The notes beneath the pieces are model-generated. The model did not search any database. It was not told where the DNA came from and was given only the letters and a program-made list of their open reading frames with translations. The position numbers and the translations under genes are program-made. Of a stretch of 64,000 bases of DNA, positions 30,765 to 43,683 are shown piece by piece. Positions within the stretch are counted from its first letter, which is position 1, and each line of letters opens with the position of its first letter. This DNA comes from Salisapilia sapeloensis CBS 127946 (lineage: Eukaryota; Protista; Oomycota): the NCBI GenBank assembly GCA_023334545.1, contig JAADVB010000010.1, positions 1 to 64,000 of the forward strand, read 5' to 3'.

Positions 30765-33232
30765 ATGCGAGGTGGTCGAGAGCGACAAACCACCGTCGCA
30801 AGTAATAAATCTAGCAAATGACCCTTCATAGGATTGATGCTGACTAGACTACTGCAGATGACCGTCGGTCTGTCTTTCGAGCGACTGCCAAGTTATCCCT
30901 TCAAGAACAGCTTCATGTGGCTCGCCATCTAGAGTCCTCTAGTACGACCTTTTTGAATGTAAAGTCTCTCTATAAGACCCAAAGCGTAGACTTGGAGTTT
31001 ACCAGTTACCACCGCCATTCTGTAGACACTGAATAAAGTCCGAGCGACATCGAAAAGCCATAAAGCAGCGAGTCGTTCGAACCAGCTCAAGGTCCATCCA
31101 GTATTACTAGATCGATAACATATTTCTTTAACACAGTGCACAACAGTACGAATGGTTTCAAGAAGACGCCAACTTGACCAAGTTGGAGCAGGTATGTACA
31201 GCGTTAGGACGATACAGCGCACAAGCTTGATAATCAAGAAGACGCCTGTAGGACTGCTCGAAAGACCTGGAATCCTTGCTTTTGCGCATGCATAATGAGG
31301 CATGCAGTAAATCTCAGCTGCCCGGTGAATCTCAGTTCATTGACGATATCACGGACCTACTATCACTCGAACAAGAATATCAGCAAGCTAGAGTAGAGCA
31401 GATTCAATCTCATCGTGAGCAAGTACGACTTTAATGTCTATGCGCAGTCGGTCAACTAACACGACCTAATTACTATCAGGAGATAGCATTGAAAGCATAC
31501 TTGGCAAAGGTGGGCTCCAATCAGCCTATCGATGGCGATGACGGCAACTCTCAAGCGAATGTAGAGCTTCTTTGTAGCTTCAGTGCTAGCTTCTTGATAA
31601 GATCAAGCTCACGTTCCTCACGAAATGAATAGGAGAGCGCACAACGCTTGATCTTTGATGCGATTGTCGGAAATGAACTGGTGACGTCAGCTCTAAATGA
31701 CCAAGTATCTCGAGCGGAAGAAGAGTGTGCAGCATTACGCAAAATTGTTATCGCAAGTGAATCTAATAGTACGTCAGAAGAGTGCTCCAGACCCTCTATC
31801 GAGGAGTTTCTATCGTCTGTCGGTGGTGAAGATTGTACGAATCATGATCTTGCCCTTGAAATCACAGCCAGCTATACAGCATTGTGTGAAGAACTGGAAG
31901 CCGACCTCAAGGAGCTCAAGGCATCGCTTAGGACTGTCAGCGAGTCCGCGACGGACATGGAAGGCACTAAGGCATGGTCAAAAGACGAAGAGGAAAAGTT
32001 CGATACGGCACTGAAGAACACACGACAGACCTTGAGACCGGAGTTGCTATATAGGCAACTACAAGCCGTACTACCCGCTCGTTCTCTCCAGCAGATCAAA
32101 GTCCATTTGAAAAGTTATCAGGGTGCGAAATTCTATGAAGAGAAAAAGAAGGATCGTCGTCAAGAATTTCAGCGTCGGTTAGAAGAGCTGAAGATAGAGG
32201 CGAAGGACAAGTTTCATCGCGACAAGGAGTTAGAACAGACGAAAAAACGGAAATGTGCAGAGATGAAAGACATGGTCGGTCGATGTACGCAGCTTCGTGC
32301 AAAGATGGATGACTTGAAAGCAGTGAAAGAAGCAAAAGAGAGGATAGCTCAGCAGCAAAAGGAGATGGAGGAGCTTCACGCTAGGCACTTGCAGGAACAA
32401 CAGGAAGAGTCGTTTAAGAGGCAGCATACGACCAAGAAGCGGCTTGTGGAAGACTTTAGGAGACGCAAGTTGCTGGACCAGATAGCTATTGAAAAACTCG
32501 AGGCTGAAGAAAGGGAACGGATGGAGAAGGAGAAAGAAGAGGAGCAAGCTATAAATGCCGTTCGAGTCACGTATCGTCGGCAGCAGTTCGAGGTATACTC
32601 AGCAATCATGTCCTTCCATGTCATGCACAAAAATCTGACACAAGTGTAATAGCACAAAGTGGAGCAAGACGTGCTTCTCAAGCATCGACAGCAGGAGTCG
32701 GAAGCTACCAAAAGAGCACGTCTCGAGGCACTGAAGCAACAAACACCCTATGCGGAAACCCTGGCCAATTTGACTGTTCGATTTCTATTCCAATAACCTC
32801 TGCACTGTACAACCGAGTAACTTGCTGTCCATGACGTAGATCGATCCAGAACGAACTCGACAAGAGACCGCTGCTTTTCGATCGAACGTCTCAGCGCTTG
32901 AAGAGGGCACCCCAGTCCACGTGCGTTATGCGCTTGCTGTCGTAAAACTCTTGTTGACACGTAACTCACTACACTCTGTTGTAGGAAACTGGACTCTTTC
33001 CTTCGCATGGATATGACTGCGACAAGCTTTTCAAGAATGCACAGTTCAAGCTTGGCATTGCACTTCGAGTAAGTACAAGCACACAATCGCTAGATGTCTG
33101 ATAATGCTGACGAAAGAGTAGAACGCTGGTATATCAAACTCCGACTATACGCGCCAGGCGATGGACAGGATCCGCAGGAACGATGCTGGATCGTATCGTC
33201 ACCATCCCTCTCAGCCGACGCAGCTGTGGTAG
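30765..33232 (+). CDS. CCDC148: CCDC148/CCDC112-like coiled-coil protein, multi-exon
   Basis: Core ORF 31648-32649 (WSKDEEEKF...LPARSLQQIKVH, long coiled coil). Downstream exons give RLEALK, DPERTRQETAAF, LFPSHGY..FKLGIALR and NAGISNSDY, resembling the CCDC148 C-terminus. The 5' exons and start codon are uncertain. Confidence 0.6.
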
Positions 33233-33261
33233 TGTCTAGAGAGCACCTTACAGATAACAAT

Positions 33262-34053
33262 TCATTCATTCGACTGCACTTCGTCTAAACTCATATCGCA
33301 TAGCATCCGTACACCATCAGCTAGTTTCCGATTCGCTTTCTTTAACGCCCGCCGATAGCGACGATTGAGCATGTACTTTTCATTTTCCAAGTTCATGACC
33401 ATCTCCGTCGCGTTTCCAAGTTCACGCTGGAGCTCTGCCATGGAGCTGATACTATCAGCAGCATTTATGGAGGCAGTGGCTGCCACCTGCCGCCGTTGAG
33501 ATCGGTTCATACTGGTCACACAATTCATGAGACTTGACCTCGCTTGCTTCTGGTGTCTCTGACCGCGATTGACTTGCTCAACGTCTTCACGCAGCCGCGC
33601 CTTCTTCCGTCGCCACTGCTCGCACTTTTGCTTACAGTCATCAAACTGCGCCTTGTCTTTCCTATACGCTGTTATCGCCTATCATCATCACACGTTAAAA
33701 GCTGCTGGTGAGATACGGTAAAGAATCTTGACCTTGGACAGATCGCGATACCATTGGCACCAAAAGTCCGAGTCGGTGGTGCGTATGCTGCCTAGACTGG
33801 GGAGTGGCTTTATGCTGTGCGGTGGTAAATCTTCCTGACCACGCTGGCCGCGTCGTCGGCCTATCTCCATCTGCCCTCCAGCTTCGACTATCGTTTTCGC
33901 TCGGATGAGCGCGAGACTGCGGTCGAACCAGAGTCTAGCGTCTCGCAGGTCCTCGTGCGTGACTCTGGACACGCTAGCAAGTCTGCCGAGGTCTCGAATG
34001 GATAGATAGGACCAAATCTGTCGCTTCGTCTCAATCGCGACGTTCGTCTGCAT
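33262..34053 (-). CDS. F-box-like coiled-coil protein, 2 exons
   Basis: N-terminal ETKRQIWSYLSIRDLGRLASVSR resembles an F-box. An open second exon (KDKAQFDDCKQ...) runs into ORF 33262-33528. Intron boundaries are ambiguous. Confidence 0.6.
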
Positions 34054-34229
34054 GGGCTCTAGGGATTACTCTGGAGCAGGACGACGTCGAGTCAAATTAC
34101 GTGCAGCTGTCCCACTGAAGCTTAGATTACGAACGGACCAGCTCTCATTCGTCTTGCACAGATAGAAATCACTCCGACGCGATTTGAAAAGAATAAGCAT
34201 TGCTCCGACTCCATTTCTCATCTTTACCC

Positions 34230-35150
34230 ATGCCGGCACCACAAAAGAAAGCCAAAGGCAAGTTCAAGCTCTCGGCCAGAGACCTGCGGCAGTCTCGCAA
34301 GTGGAATGCAGAGCAAGACATCTTGGCGCTCAAGCAGGAGATTCACACGCTGCGAAATTACCAGGCCTTCCTCCACACGCGGTCGCTCAATCGAGCCGAC
34401 ACTGGTGGAGACTACTACATGCGGCTCGTGAACGAGTACTTTCGTCTATTTTCGTGTGGCATTCTCATCCAGCAAATGAAGAAGGTTGCACCCGCAGCTA
34501 CGGGCAACTCGGACGACGTTGTTACGGCCAGCAAGCAAGAGCAGTTTGTGCACCAGAACTTGGTCCCGGATGTAATCACCGGCCGGTACCGAGGTCTTTC
34601 CTTCCTCGTCGACCAAGGCAGACGATGGACAGCTTCTCTCTACCGAACGCGTTGGGAGATGGAAAAGTGCTTCATCGTGCCTCAGTCGACCAAGGATAAA
34701 CAACGAAAGACCCCTATCGTCATCCACATCGATTTCAACTGGTCTGGATACTTTTGCGAAGAAACCGTTCGCTACTTGTTCCCGAAATTAAATCCAAAAT
34801 GCTCTGTCGTAACTGCCTTGTACGGAACAAAGCTGGAGGGACATACGACTGCACTCTTCACCTTCAATCCGGACACTCGCATGATGACAGAGATGACATT
34901 CTCGGTGAACTTTGTGGAAGCGATGATGAAGCAGGTTCAAGACCTCCAGGTCTTGTCCTCCCTCTTTTCCAACTTTAGTCTTGTGGACGAATGTATCATC
35001 GGGCAAGAGGAAGCAGCCCAGAATGACACAACCTTTGCAAATGAAGCGCATAAAGACGTGAATTTGGAAGCAGGTGTACATGGCGCTCGCTATGAGCCGA
35101 AGATGACGGAGTCTCCATGGCAGATGCAAATGACCAGTATCCTCAACTAA
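34230..35150 (+). CDS. Oomycete bZIP-like / M96-type putative transcription factor
   Basis: Basic segment and heptads (RDLRQSRKW..ILALKQEIHTL), the family motif LVNEYFRLF, and a terminal MQMTSILN. Confidence 0.6.
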   Translation: MPAPQKKAKGKFKLSARDLRQSRKWNAEQDILALKQEIHTLRNYQAFLHTRSLNRADTGGDYYMRLVNEYFRLFSCGILIQQMKKVAPAATGNSDDVVTASKQEQFVHQNLVPDVITGRYRGLSFLVDQGRRWTASLYRTRWEMEKCFIVPQSTKDKQRKTPIVIHIDFNWSGYFCEETVRYLFPKLNPKCSVVTALYGTKLEGHTTALFTFNPDTRMMTEMTFSVNFVEAMMKQVQDLQVLSSLFSNFSLVDECIIGQEEAAQNDTTFANEAHKDVNLEAGVHGARYEPKMTESPWQMQMTSILN

Positions 35151-35879
35151 CAACTTTTGTCCGGTTCCGACCACGATAGTAATGCGCTCAACGTGCTGTC
35201 GTGTAAACCACCTATATGCATAAATCGTCGACCTAGTCAAAGCTTTCTGTCCAAACATTTAATACATCCATCTACTTTTGACGGGTCATAGTTCTTGGCA
35301 ACGTACTCATGTTCGGCTTAGCTCACACTGCGTAGTACCCTCGACATAAGAGCTTATACACAATAATCTCGGCCATTTCTTGTGGAAATCGTAAGATGTT
35401 CATCGCCTGCATCCAGCCCACAGTAGCTATGGATAATTGCACTGAGATCATGTTTGCAGCGTCGTCGAATCATAGCATCAAGAAGATAGAAATGCTCACA
35501 TCACCTCGTTTCGTGTACCAAGCTTCGCTACCGGACGTATGTACTCAAGTCTGGGTGCTCATAGTAACAATGTAGTACAAAATGAATAGCAAAGCTCACA
35601 TGCCGATACCTGTGGCTACTCACATAACAATCACAGAAAATGGAGTAAGGATCTGAGCTCGTTTTCCAAGAAGCAAAAGATGTATTTACTTACAGAGCTA
35701 CTTGACGAAACCTGGATGAAAACTCGAAAGGTAAAACTTCAAACACTTACTCTACCATCGCCTCTTTCTTCCTGTCCCAAATGAAGCGGCAATACTTGTC
35801 CTCTAAACATGCCGGAACGCATGCTGCAGTAGACAGAAGTATAGAGCTTGCCGAAGGCATACGCAGCTAGCAAGTAAAA

Positions 35880-37805
35880 TTAAAGGATGGTAACGCGGCC
35901 ACGACACAACTCAGCTCCTGCACTTGAAGTCTCTTTCCTCTTCATGGTCACGTTGAAACTCTTCGAAGCCATTGTGCTAGCGACAGGATAGGTACCAGGT
36001 CCCACTTCGGGTGGAACAGCATTGTTAACACGAAATCTGAGCTCATTGCCGATCGTTCTTCGCCTACCCAGCGACCTCGTTTCCGCCCACTCATGGCGAT
36101 CCTCTCTCTCGCTGTATGCACCAGGTCCAGGCAACTCTCTTGCCTCACTCGCATCAAAGACTCTTCGCTTACTTGTTGACAAGAATCCCGGGCGTCGTGT
36201 AATCTTCGGCACTTCATACTCAACATCGCTGATAGTCGAATCCCACATCATGGGTGTTGGAGTCAGTAGACTGTCTTCCATCACAGACTTCTGACCAGAA
36301 ACTTCGAGTGAATAGTGCCCCACTCCAGGTGTAGAGTCATTTCCAATATACTGGACATAGGGAGAGGCATGCGAATTCGGAGGCTTGATGAACCTGCTCG
36401 AAGACGACTTGAACGTTGCTGTACGATACATAGCAGCTTGGGCGGGGTCCAGATCGCGAATAGATGACGCCTGAAGCGCGCAGCTTCCATATGCTCCTGG
36501 TCCTGGACCGGAGCCTTCACCGATTGCATGCTGTCTTTGCAGTTGGTCCCACACATTCCTTTCGGAGGTTGTTCCAAACACTCCGTAGCGACCAATTGCT
36601 CGCTTGCTACTGATATTGCTCCCAAGCGACCGAGGTGTTACGTCGCCATAAGCCCCAGGACCAGGCAACGCACTTTGCTCCGCTTTCGAAAGGCAGTAGC
36701 GTTCACTGGCACTCGTAAATCCAACGCCTTCCTCCATTTGCCATCGCTCCCGGTGATTGTTCACTCGAAGCACCGATCTCTTTCCTGCCTTGGAGTAGTT
36801 TCCTGGTCCAGGAGCAGTGAGGTACGTAGGTTTGCTATAAGGAGCATCCACTCTTGTGCACAATTCCGACCGGCCTGCTTTCGATCCAAAGCTACTAGCT
36901 ACATGCTTTGCGGTTTGACTTTCCTTTTGCTGACGACGTCTTCTCCATCGCTCTTCTTTCTCTTGTTGCTCCATGGCCTTCTCCTCATCTGGAGCAGTAG
37001 CTTTCTGGTAACCATTGAGAATGGGTACCTTGGACGAAAACACCGCACTTGCACGTTGCTTCCTCGACACGACATTTCCGCTGTCGTACTGACCTGGTCC
37101 AGGTACCTTTAGCCGTGGCGTGTTCATCTCCCAAAGCTCTCGCTTGGAAGTGGAGACGAGGGAGGCCGCTGCATTCTTTTTTTCGTTCCAAATAGACTTG
37201 TGGGAGCTGTAGGCTGCCGGACCAACCGTATCGTCTCCAATGCCAGAGTACGACTTGAAGGGAGGTGCTTGTCGACGGAATTCGCTGCCAGACATGACGT
37301 ATCCATAGCTTTGGTCCTTTCGTGGAATGGTCGGAATCGATTCTTTCGGCGGTTGCTCCGGGTCGACTCGAACGCCGGTGATAAAGGTCTGGACTTGATT
37401 GCTCCTCCTTTTGTTTCGCTTCGATTCTACGTAGTCGTAGCTACCAGGTCCTGGGTTTGTCTCGATGCTGGACGGAAGATATATGGTCGAGCCAGGTGCT
37501 GAGGGGGCTAAGCGAGATATTTTCGTAGCAAAGACATTGGACATGTGAACACCGTGGGCAATCTGATTGTCATTACTATAGGCTCCAGGCCCTGGCGTAG
37601 TGGCTGACGTGGTCTTGTTCGCATTCAAGTTTCTGTCCTGGGAAAAGCCAAAGCCAGAGAAGCCTGGCTTGACCTGCACGCCGAGTCCATGCGCGTCATC
37701 GTGCGAAGACTCGGGAGAAAAGTAGGATCCTGGGCCAACTGCCGTGGGAGTGTTCTTATGGACGGTCTCAAAGTACGAGACGCGCTTCGACCGAGACGTG
37801 TTCGC
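35880..37805 (-). CDS. Sperm-tail PG-rich (SHIPPO/STPG/ODF3-like) repeat protein
   Basis: About ten P/V-GPGxY repeats (VGPGSY, TPGPGAY, PGPGQY, PGPGNY) separated by F.S..R motifs. Confidence 0.85.
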   Translation of the reverse strand, partial: ANTSRSKRVSYFETVHKNTPTAVGPGSYFSPESSHDDAHGLGVQVKPGFSGFGFSQDRNLNANKTTSATTPGPGAYSNDNQIAHGVHMSNVFATKISRLAPSAPGSTIYLPSSIETNPGPGSYDYVESKRNKRRSNQVQTFITGVRVDPEQPPKESIPTIPRKDQSYGYVMSGSEFRRQAPPFKSYSGIGDDTVGPAAYSSHKSIWNEKKNAAASLVSTSKRELWEMNTPRLKVPGPGQYDSGNVVSRKQRASAVFSSKVPILNGYQKATAPDEEKAMEQQEKEERWRRRRQQKESQTAKHVASSFGSKAGRSELCTRVDAPYSKPTYLTAPGPGNYSKAGKRSVLRVNNHRERWQMEEGVGFTSASERYCLSKAEQSALPGPGAYGDVTPRSLGSNISSKRAIGRYGVFGTTSERNVWDQLQRQHAIGEGSGPGPGAYGSCALQASSIRDLDPAQAAMYRTATFKSSSSRFIKPPNSHASPYVQYIGNDSTPGVGHYSLEVSGQKSVMEDSLLTPTPMMWDSTISDVEYEVPKITRRPGFLSTSKRRVFDASEARELPGPGAYSEREDRHEWAETRSLGRRRTIGNELRFRVNNAVPPEVGPGTYPVASTMASKSFNVTMKRKETSSAGAELCRGRVTIL

Positions 37806-37959
37806 CATCCTACGACGCCGAAAGCAAAGCAAAAGGCAAAGTCAGTGGCATGGACGTGGCAAAAGTATTTATAGCTTTCACTTGCTGGAATAAAAATACA
37901 TACTGCAGGATGGTACGCAATCGAGATATCGCCCACGCGTCCGTGGCTTCTAGGCAGAT

Positions 37960-40108
37960 TTACTCGCTATCGCTGTCCAACAGAGAGATGACGTCCATCG
38001 GGTTCAGAGCAGGCTCATCGCGCTTTACTGGTGGCTGGTACTGAGGCATGGCTGGCCCGAGACCGGATGGCATGGCGTACACGTGGCTCCAGTTAGGAGC
38101 CTGGATCGGCTGTGGCGCTTGCGACGACACCATTCTGGAGCTGTCGTTCACGACGCCGATCGACGCGAGCAGACTCTCGTCATCCAGCAGCTCGTAGCTC
38201 GTCCCAGACCCAGTGTTTCCTTGACTAGTATTGATAAATCCATTCGACAAGCTATCCCAACTGTCGTTGTCCACTGTACGTACGAGCTGCACCTCGTCCT
38301 CATCCACGACGCCTCCAGACTCGGTGGACGAGTCTGCCACGGACGCAGGTGCGCTTGCACTCCCACCCACAGGCTCCTCGTCCTCTGTGTCGCTCGACAG
38401 TAGATCGATCTCGACTGGTTGCCCAGCAGACGACCCAGCGCCGGCGCCTGCACTCGTCTTTTCTTCCTTGACCTCGCTCTTAACCTTTCGCTCCGTCTCT
38501 CGAGTCTGCTCCTCCTCCTCTTTCCTTCTTTTCCAAGTCGCATCGGCGTAAATCTCCACTTCCTCTAGCTCCTCCTCCCCCTTGACCTCTGTCAACAACC
38601 GCAGCAAGTATGGATCGATCCGAAGGTCCGTCGCTCGAACGAACTTGTGACAGACGGCGCACCTCCAGGCCCTGCTTCTCGCTTTCTTGCTGAACTGGAG
38701 AAAAGTCTTTAGGTCAAAGCACTGGAGGTGGCGACACTGCTTTCCCCTCGCAGGCTTCTCGATGACGCACAGACCGAGGGGACACCGGACGCTGAGTACA
38801 GTGCTCGTGACGACAATGTCTTCGTCATCACCGAAGCTCTTGACGACCTCCTCCTTGGCCTGTTCGTAGCTAATGTCTCTCGAGTTCGACACCACTTCCT
38901 CATAAAGCTCCTCTGCGCTTCGGAACGTTACCTTTTGGACTAGAAAAGCAAAGAGTGCAGGATTCTCATTCGTTCGAACCTCCACTGTATTCTTCCCTTG
39001 TCGGACGTGGTTGAGTAAAGACGCCGGGAGCTCTCGAAGGACCTTGGACGGATTGTTATGTCCTGGAGGCGCTCGCTGGATGATTGGCATGGTAAAGCCA
39101 TTTATAGTGACGTAGGTCGTGGCTGGCCAACAGTGACCGTCGGACAAAGCTCCCTTCATATTGAAGCAACGCAACTGGAGGTCGACTGTGCCAGGCGTCA
39201 TGTTCGACGGATTCGCACTTCGCCGACTGAGCATATCGGTGAGCTCCGTGTCGCTGATGACAAAGTCTAAACTGTAGAGCGCGTCGGCTCTGGAGAACTG
39301 AACAAAAGTGGCGTCTTGCACTGTCCCTAGAACTTGATAATACGGCTCGTAGTGCTTTGATCGACACGTCTCACACACCCACGCAGCATCGTTCACGTAG
39401 TCCAGCTGGTGGCACTTGGCATGCACCTGTCGCTCGCACATGATGCACCCCACGACCTTACCAGAGGATGCCACAGGAGTGCAAAAGCATCGGGCGTTGT
39501 TCAGAGTGACAGAAATATTCGGCGTGAACGTTTCGATGCCAAGGGGCGGCCGAGGCATGGTTGGCAGCCCTACCGCGTGGTCCATCTGTGTCATATACCT
39601 CGCGGGGGGGTATGCGGGCACTTGTGGGGCGAAAGCATTCGGCGGAGGAGCAGATGCGTAGCGTGATGGCATTGGGGTTGTCATCGGAACCGTTTGGCCT
39701 CTGCTACTGGCGTCCATATACCTGTAAGGCGGAGGGTATGGTGCTGGATGAGGGCGCATATGTCTGTAGTCGTTGGAAGCAGACACTTCTTCCAAGGCAG
39801 TCATGGCACTCGACAACTGGTCTTGATAAAATCGCGTCGTGGCGACGTTCAGACTAGGATCCTGTATTTTATCTTGGAAGCTCTAATATACATGTGCAGT
39901 TAGTACCTCTCGACAGCATGTACGAAAGCAATGCAGATGATGCATGCCGAGGCGTTAGTACCTCGAGAGCGACGGCGATGCGCTCGATCAGTTCATTCTT
40001 CTTGCCGTAGCGATTAATATTGAGCTTGGCTAGTATGTTCTTGAGCTCCGGGACGCGCAAGTTCCGTAGCCGACTGCGGATATTCCGTAGTCTGTGGTCT
40101 CCGTCCAT
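37960..40108 (-). CDS. SIZ1: SIZ/PIAS SUMO E3 ligase (SAP, PHD, PINIT, SP-RING, SIMs), 2 exons
   Basis: SAP (LRVPELKNILAKLNINRYGKKNELIERI) in exon 1; intron about 39862-39961. C4HC3 PHD, SP-RING (SVRCPLGLCVIEKPARGKQCRHLQCFD...WRCAVC) and SIM-like VEIDLLSSD and VISLLDSD. Confidence 0.9.
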
Positions 40109-40633
40109 TCGGCGTCTCATGCTGCTTATAAATAGCAAAAATGGAAGTGGGCAAAGGCAGTCTGTGTCTAGATGGCGCGCTCTGTTTGCTTCTAGGAGGC
40201 AGCACTCGCGAGCGAATGCCAAGTCGGTGGTGGAAAAGAGGGGCCGGCCACGCGGACGTCGATACAAGCGAAATCAACCCGAGCTTTCTTTGACTTGCTT
40301 TGACGACGAGCGGAAGCGATACACGCACATCCTCGATCTGTTTTAAATGCGTTTCTGCCGGTTGTGTTTAACACACAATATACTCTGTTTACAGTCAGCC
40401 AAAGGTCTCCAGTGAAAATATCACAAGTACAGTGTCTCTTCACAGATAGGTGACAAAAGCGGACGACTTGTGATATAGAAACCACCTGTACAGATTCTCT
40501 TTCTGGCAAATGACAAAAGGTACAAGCGTGGCACTATGTACTAGCAAAATGGGTACAATAGTTCCTTCAGCTTATCTTGGTTCTACTATGCAAGTCGTCC
40601 CTGTCCTGGACGTGAGCTGCCTCGCTTCCTTGT

Positions 40634-41958
40634 TTATGAAGCACGACGCGTCGTTCGCTTGCGCATCGCCAGTGGCTGAAACCACGGATGGTTCTTTATC
40701 TCTGGAATGGACGGACGTTGCTCCGGTTCCTTTTTCAGTAGCTACAGGCACAAATAGTATCAAGAACAAGTAAACACTTTATACATCTTGACAGGATTAC
40801 CTTTCGGATGAGGTCTCTAGCTGGAGGCGTGACACTCGGTGGTACGTGAAAACTTCCCTCTTGGATCTGCGTGATCGTCTCGTCCTGTCTCGGCGTCTCA
40901 AACGGCGGTCTCCCCGTCAGTAGCTCGTACATGATGATCCCGACCGCCCACACTGACATGCCACAAGCGTTACATTCCACCACCAACTTGGTATATCGAC
41001 AGCACACTCACAGTCTACACTTTCGTCGTACTTGTCGCCTCTGATCATCTCTGGTGAAAGGTAATCTAGCGTCCCACACAGCGTTTCCCGACGACTCTGC
41101 TCCGTCACATTGGCCGCCGACCAGCCAAAGTCCGCCAACTGGATCTCTCCCTACATCCAAAGGAAATCAGCTACAACTTCAGACTTCAATACGACACGGT
41201 GCGTACTCGATTGGAAAGTAGCAGGTTCTCGGGCTTAATGTCGCGATGGATTACGTGGTGCTGGTGACACGCCTCCAACGCACTAGAGTTCACTATCAAG
41301 TCAGTCAAGTTCCATCTACCACGTACATTTGATCTACCAACCTAACAAGCTGCGCAATGTAAACCATCGTCTGCTTTTCTGGGAATCTATAAAACCAGTC
41401 AATTCGATCTTCTTTCACATGATTAAAATCAATAAAGACGTACTTGTGTCCTGGCATGGACTTCATCTTTCTGTACAAGTCACCTCCACCGGCGTATTTG
41501 AGCACCAGGTACACTCGCGTCTGGTCTTGGAATGTAGCGTACAGCGGCAGAATGTTAGCATGGCGGATGCGAGAGTGGATCTCCACCTCCTTCTTCAACT
41601 GCTTCGCCACACCATTAGCCTTGAGCTGACTCTTTACCAGCACTTTCAACGCCACCACCTTCTTACTCGACTTCTCCCTCGCCAAAAACACTTGACCGAA
41701 TTTACCCTTCCCGAGCTCCCGGCCGATCTCAAAGTCGTCAATCGTCCACGCACGAGGCGCCATGTCCCCTTCACTAGCTTCCGAGTCGGCATACTCCACA
41801 TTCTCCGCCGGTAAAGACGACTGGGAGGAAGCGTTGCTACTCTTCCGCGGTCGCTCTTTTGGAAGGGCAGACCGGTAGCGGTCGTTAGCGGAGCGGGCAG
41901 AGCCTCCTGTGTTGCGCCTGTAATTGCCTAGACTAGAAAGATCGCTGCTATCGCTCAT
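40634..41958 (-). CDS. AUR: Aurora-family Ser/Thr kinase, multi-exon
   Basis: [68 protein letters not shown]. The last exon reads [10 protein letters not shown]...HPWF. Confidence 0.93.
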
Positions 41959-42318
41959 TTGACTGCTATTCGGATCATATCTCCGTCGTCGAGGACCTAA
42001 CGCAGTTTAGTATATCACTTCGTACGGACAGACGAAAGCCATAGGAAGAAATGGTTGGTGCTTACCCGAAGCGTTCCTGCCGGAAGAAGAGCTGCGGGCA
42101 GACCCGTCGGAGGCGCTACTCATGCGCGGCGGACGGTTCTCTTCGCTAGCCGTCGCCGTCGTCGTACTCATTCCTTGTTGTTTTGTAGTTCGGCCAAGTA
42201 TTCAAGTATACAAACGTCAAGTGAATCACAAAGTGCGCTTCGTTCAAATGTCAATTAGTGCGATCTTGAAAAGTAGCTCTCCTCAAGTCTCTTCATGGAA
42301 GCCAACAATTCGTCTACG

Positions 42319-43561
42319 CTACTTTGAACGACTGTGTCGTTGTGGAGAAGTGTTGAAAACTATGGGCATGCATAGTATTAGACTTGGGAGGAGAATCTTC
42401 AAAGTACCCAGTGTAGAAACCTCTTTGAATGTCGAGCTCATCATGGCAGCAGCCTCCACTGCCTCCATGGGTGGTGTGAGAATACTGTGTATAAGCACAT
42501 GAGTTCCTAGCAGAAATTCAAGTAGCAAAAGCTTTTATACCTGCTCTGTTGAGCGATTGCTCGAAGGCGGGGAAGGATATGATTCGCCACATGAGTCTGA
42601 TTTATCCTAGAATGCAAACATGACCATGTAGATATAAGCACAGCATAAAGTAGATACATCGATATATATACCCTTCGGGCGCATCATTGGCTTTAGGCGA
42701 GAGCAAGGCAGTTGCCTCTTGTCCGTAATGGTCAGAGTACGCATCGAATGACTTGCAGAGATACTCTATCAACGAGTCAGTCGTGACGGAAGACAGCGCA
42801 GTGCAAAGCATGTTACCATTGTACAAAAAGCAAACACGAAAGGCCTTTATGAACGACTCCAAACTTTCAGTGCACTCGGCAGTCTCAATTTCTTTCAGAT
42901 GAGCACTGGCTTGCTGGAGTAACTGGACTGGAAAGTCACGACAATGCCACCATACCACTTGCTTAAAATCTTCAGATGTCAGCTCTAATCCAGTTCGGAT
43001 AAATTCACGTATGCATTTAAATCCAGGTTACCAAAGCAACGTACGGAGTTGTTGGTCAATGTCCGCGTAGGCATTTGCCAATAGAGCGATAAAAGCCAAT
43101 CGGTTGTGCATCGTTGCATTGATATAGTGAAAGGTCTGCTGCTCTACATTTCTACCGCTAACGATGTTTTCAAAATAGGCAACGATAAATGCAGCAGGCG
43201 CATCCGGCTCGAGCTCTTGGAGCTTTCTCACAAGATCTTCCAAGTAAAACTGGACACCTGACTGCTGCAAATAAAACTCGGAGGAATTGATTGCTGCCAT
43301 CGGTGGTCCCCGAGAGAGAGTGCGTGAGAATTTCAGTCTCTCCACGGCAGTCGAGCCCTCTTGGGGTCGCTGATATGAAGAAGAACAAGATTTCTCAGAC
43401 TGACTCTTGTCGTGGTTAATCAGTCTACATGCTTTTGCCAGCTTGCGTCCTGCTCGACCCCGAGTCATCTCGTAGCTACTAGTAGTTGCAGCAGGAGTAT
43501 CGGTATCAGCGGGAGACGTCATGACCGATCGTTTTACAATGCGATCATGAGAAGTCGTCAT
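42319..43561 (-). CDS. CSTPP1: CSTPP1 (C11orf49)-like centriolar satellite / tubulin polyglutamylase regulator, multi-exon
   Basis: YLQQSGVQFYLED..., AYFENIVSG...FHYINATMHNRLAF and CRDFPVQLLQQA...SFIKAFRVCFLY resemble recalled C11orf49 motifs. The 3' exons are uncertain. Confidence 0.6.
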
Positions 43562-43683
43562 TGCTTCAATGAAACTTCAATATAACGGACACAAGTTGAC
43601 AAGACTGTGCTTGATTTCATTGACATCCATAACAATTCAAGTCGAAAACTACTACTTCTCAGTGACGACCATCAATGCCGAAA

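Noticed and set aside
35151-35879. Possible small multi-exon gene (donor-like gtatgt, gtaagg) in the intergenic region
   Set aside because: The frames are under 60 aa and no splice path gave a recognisable protein.
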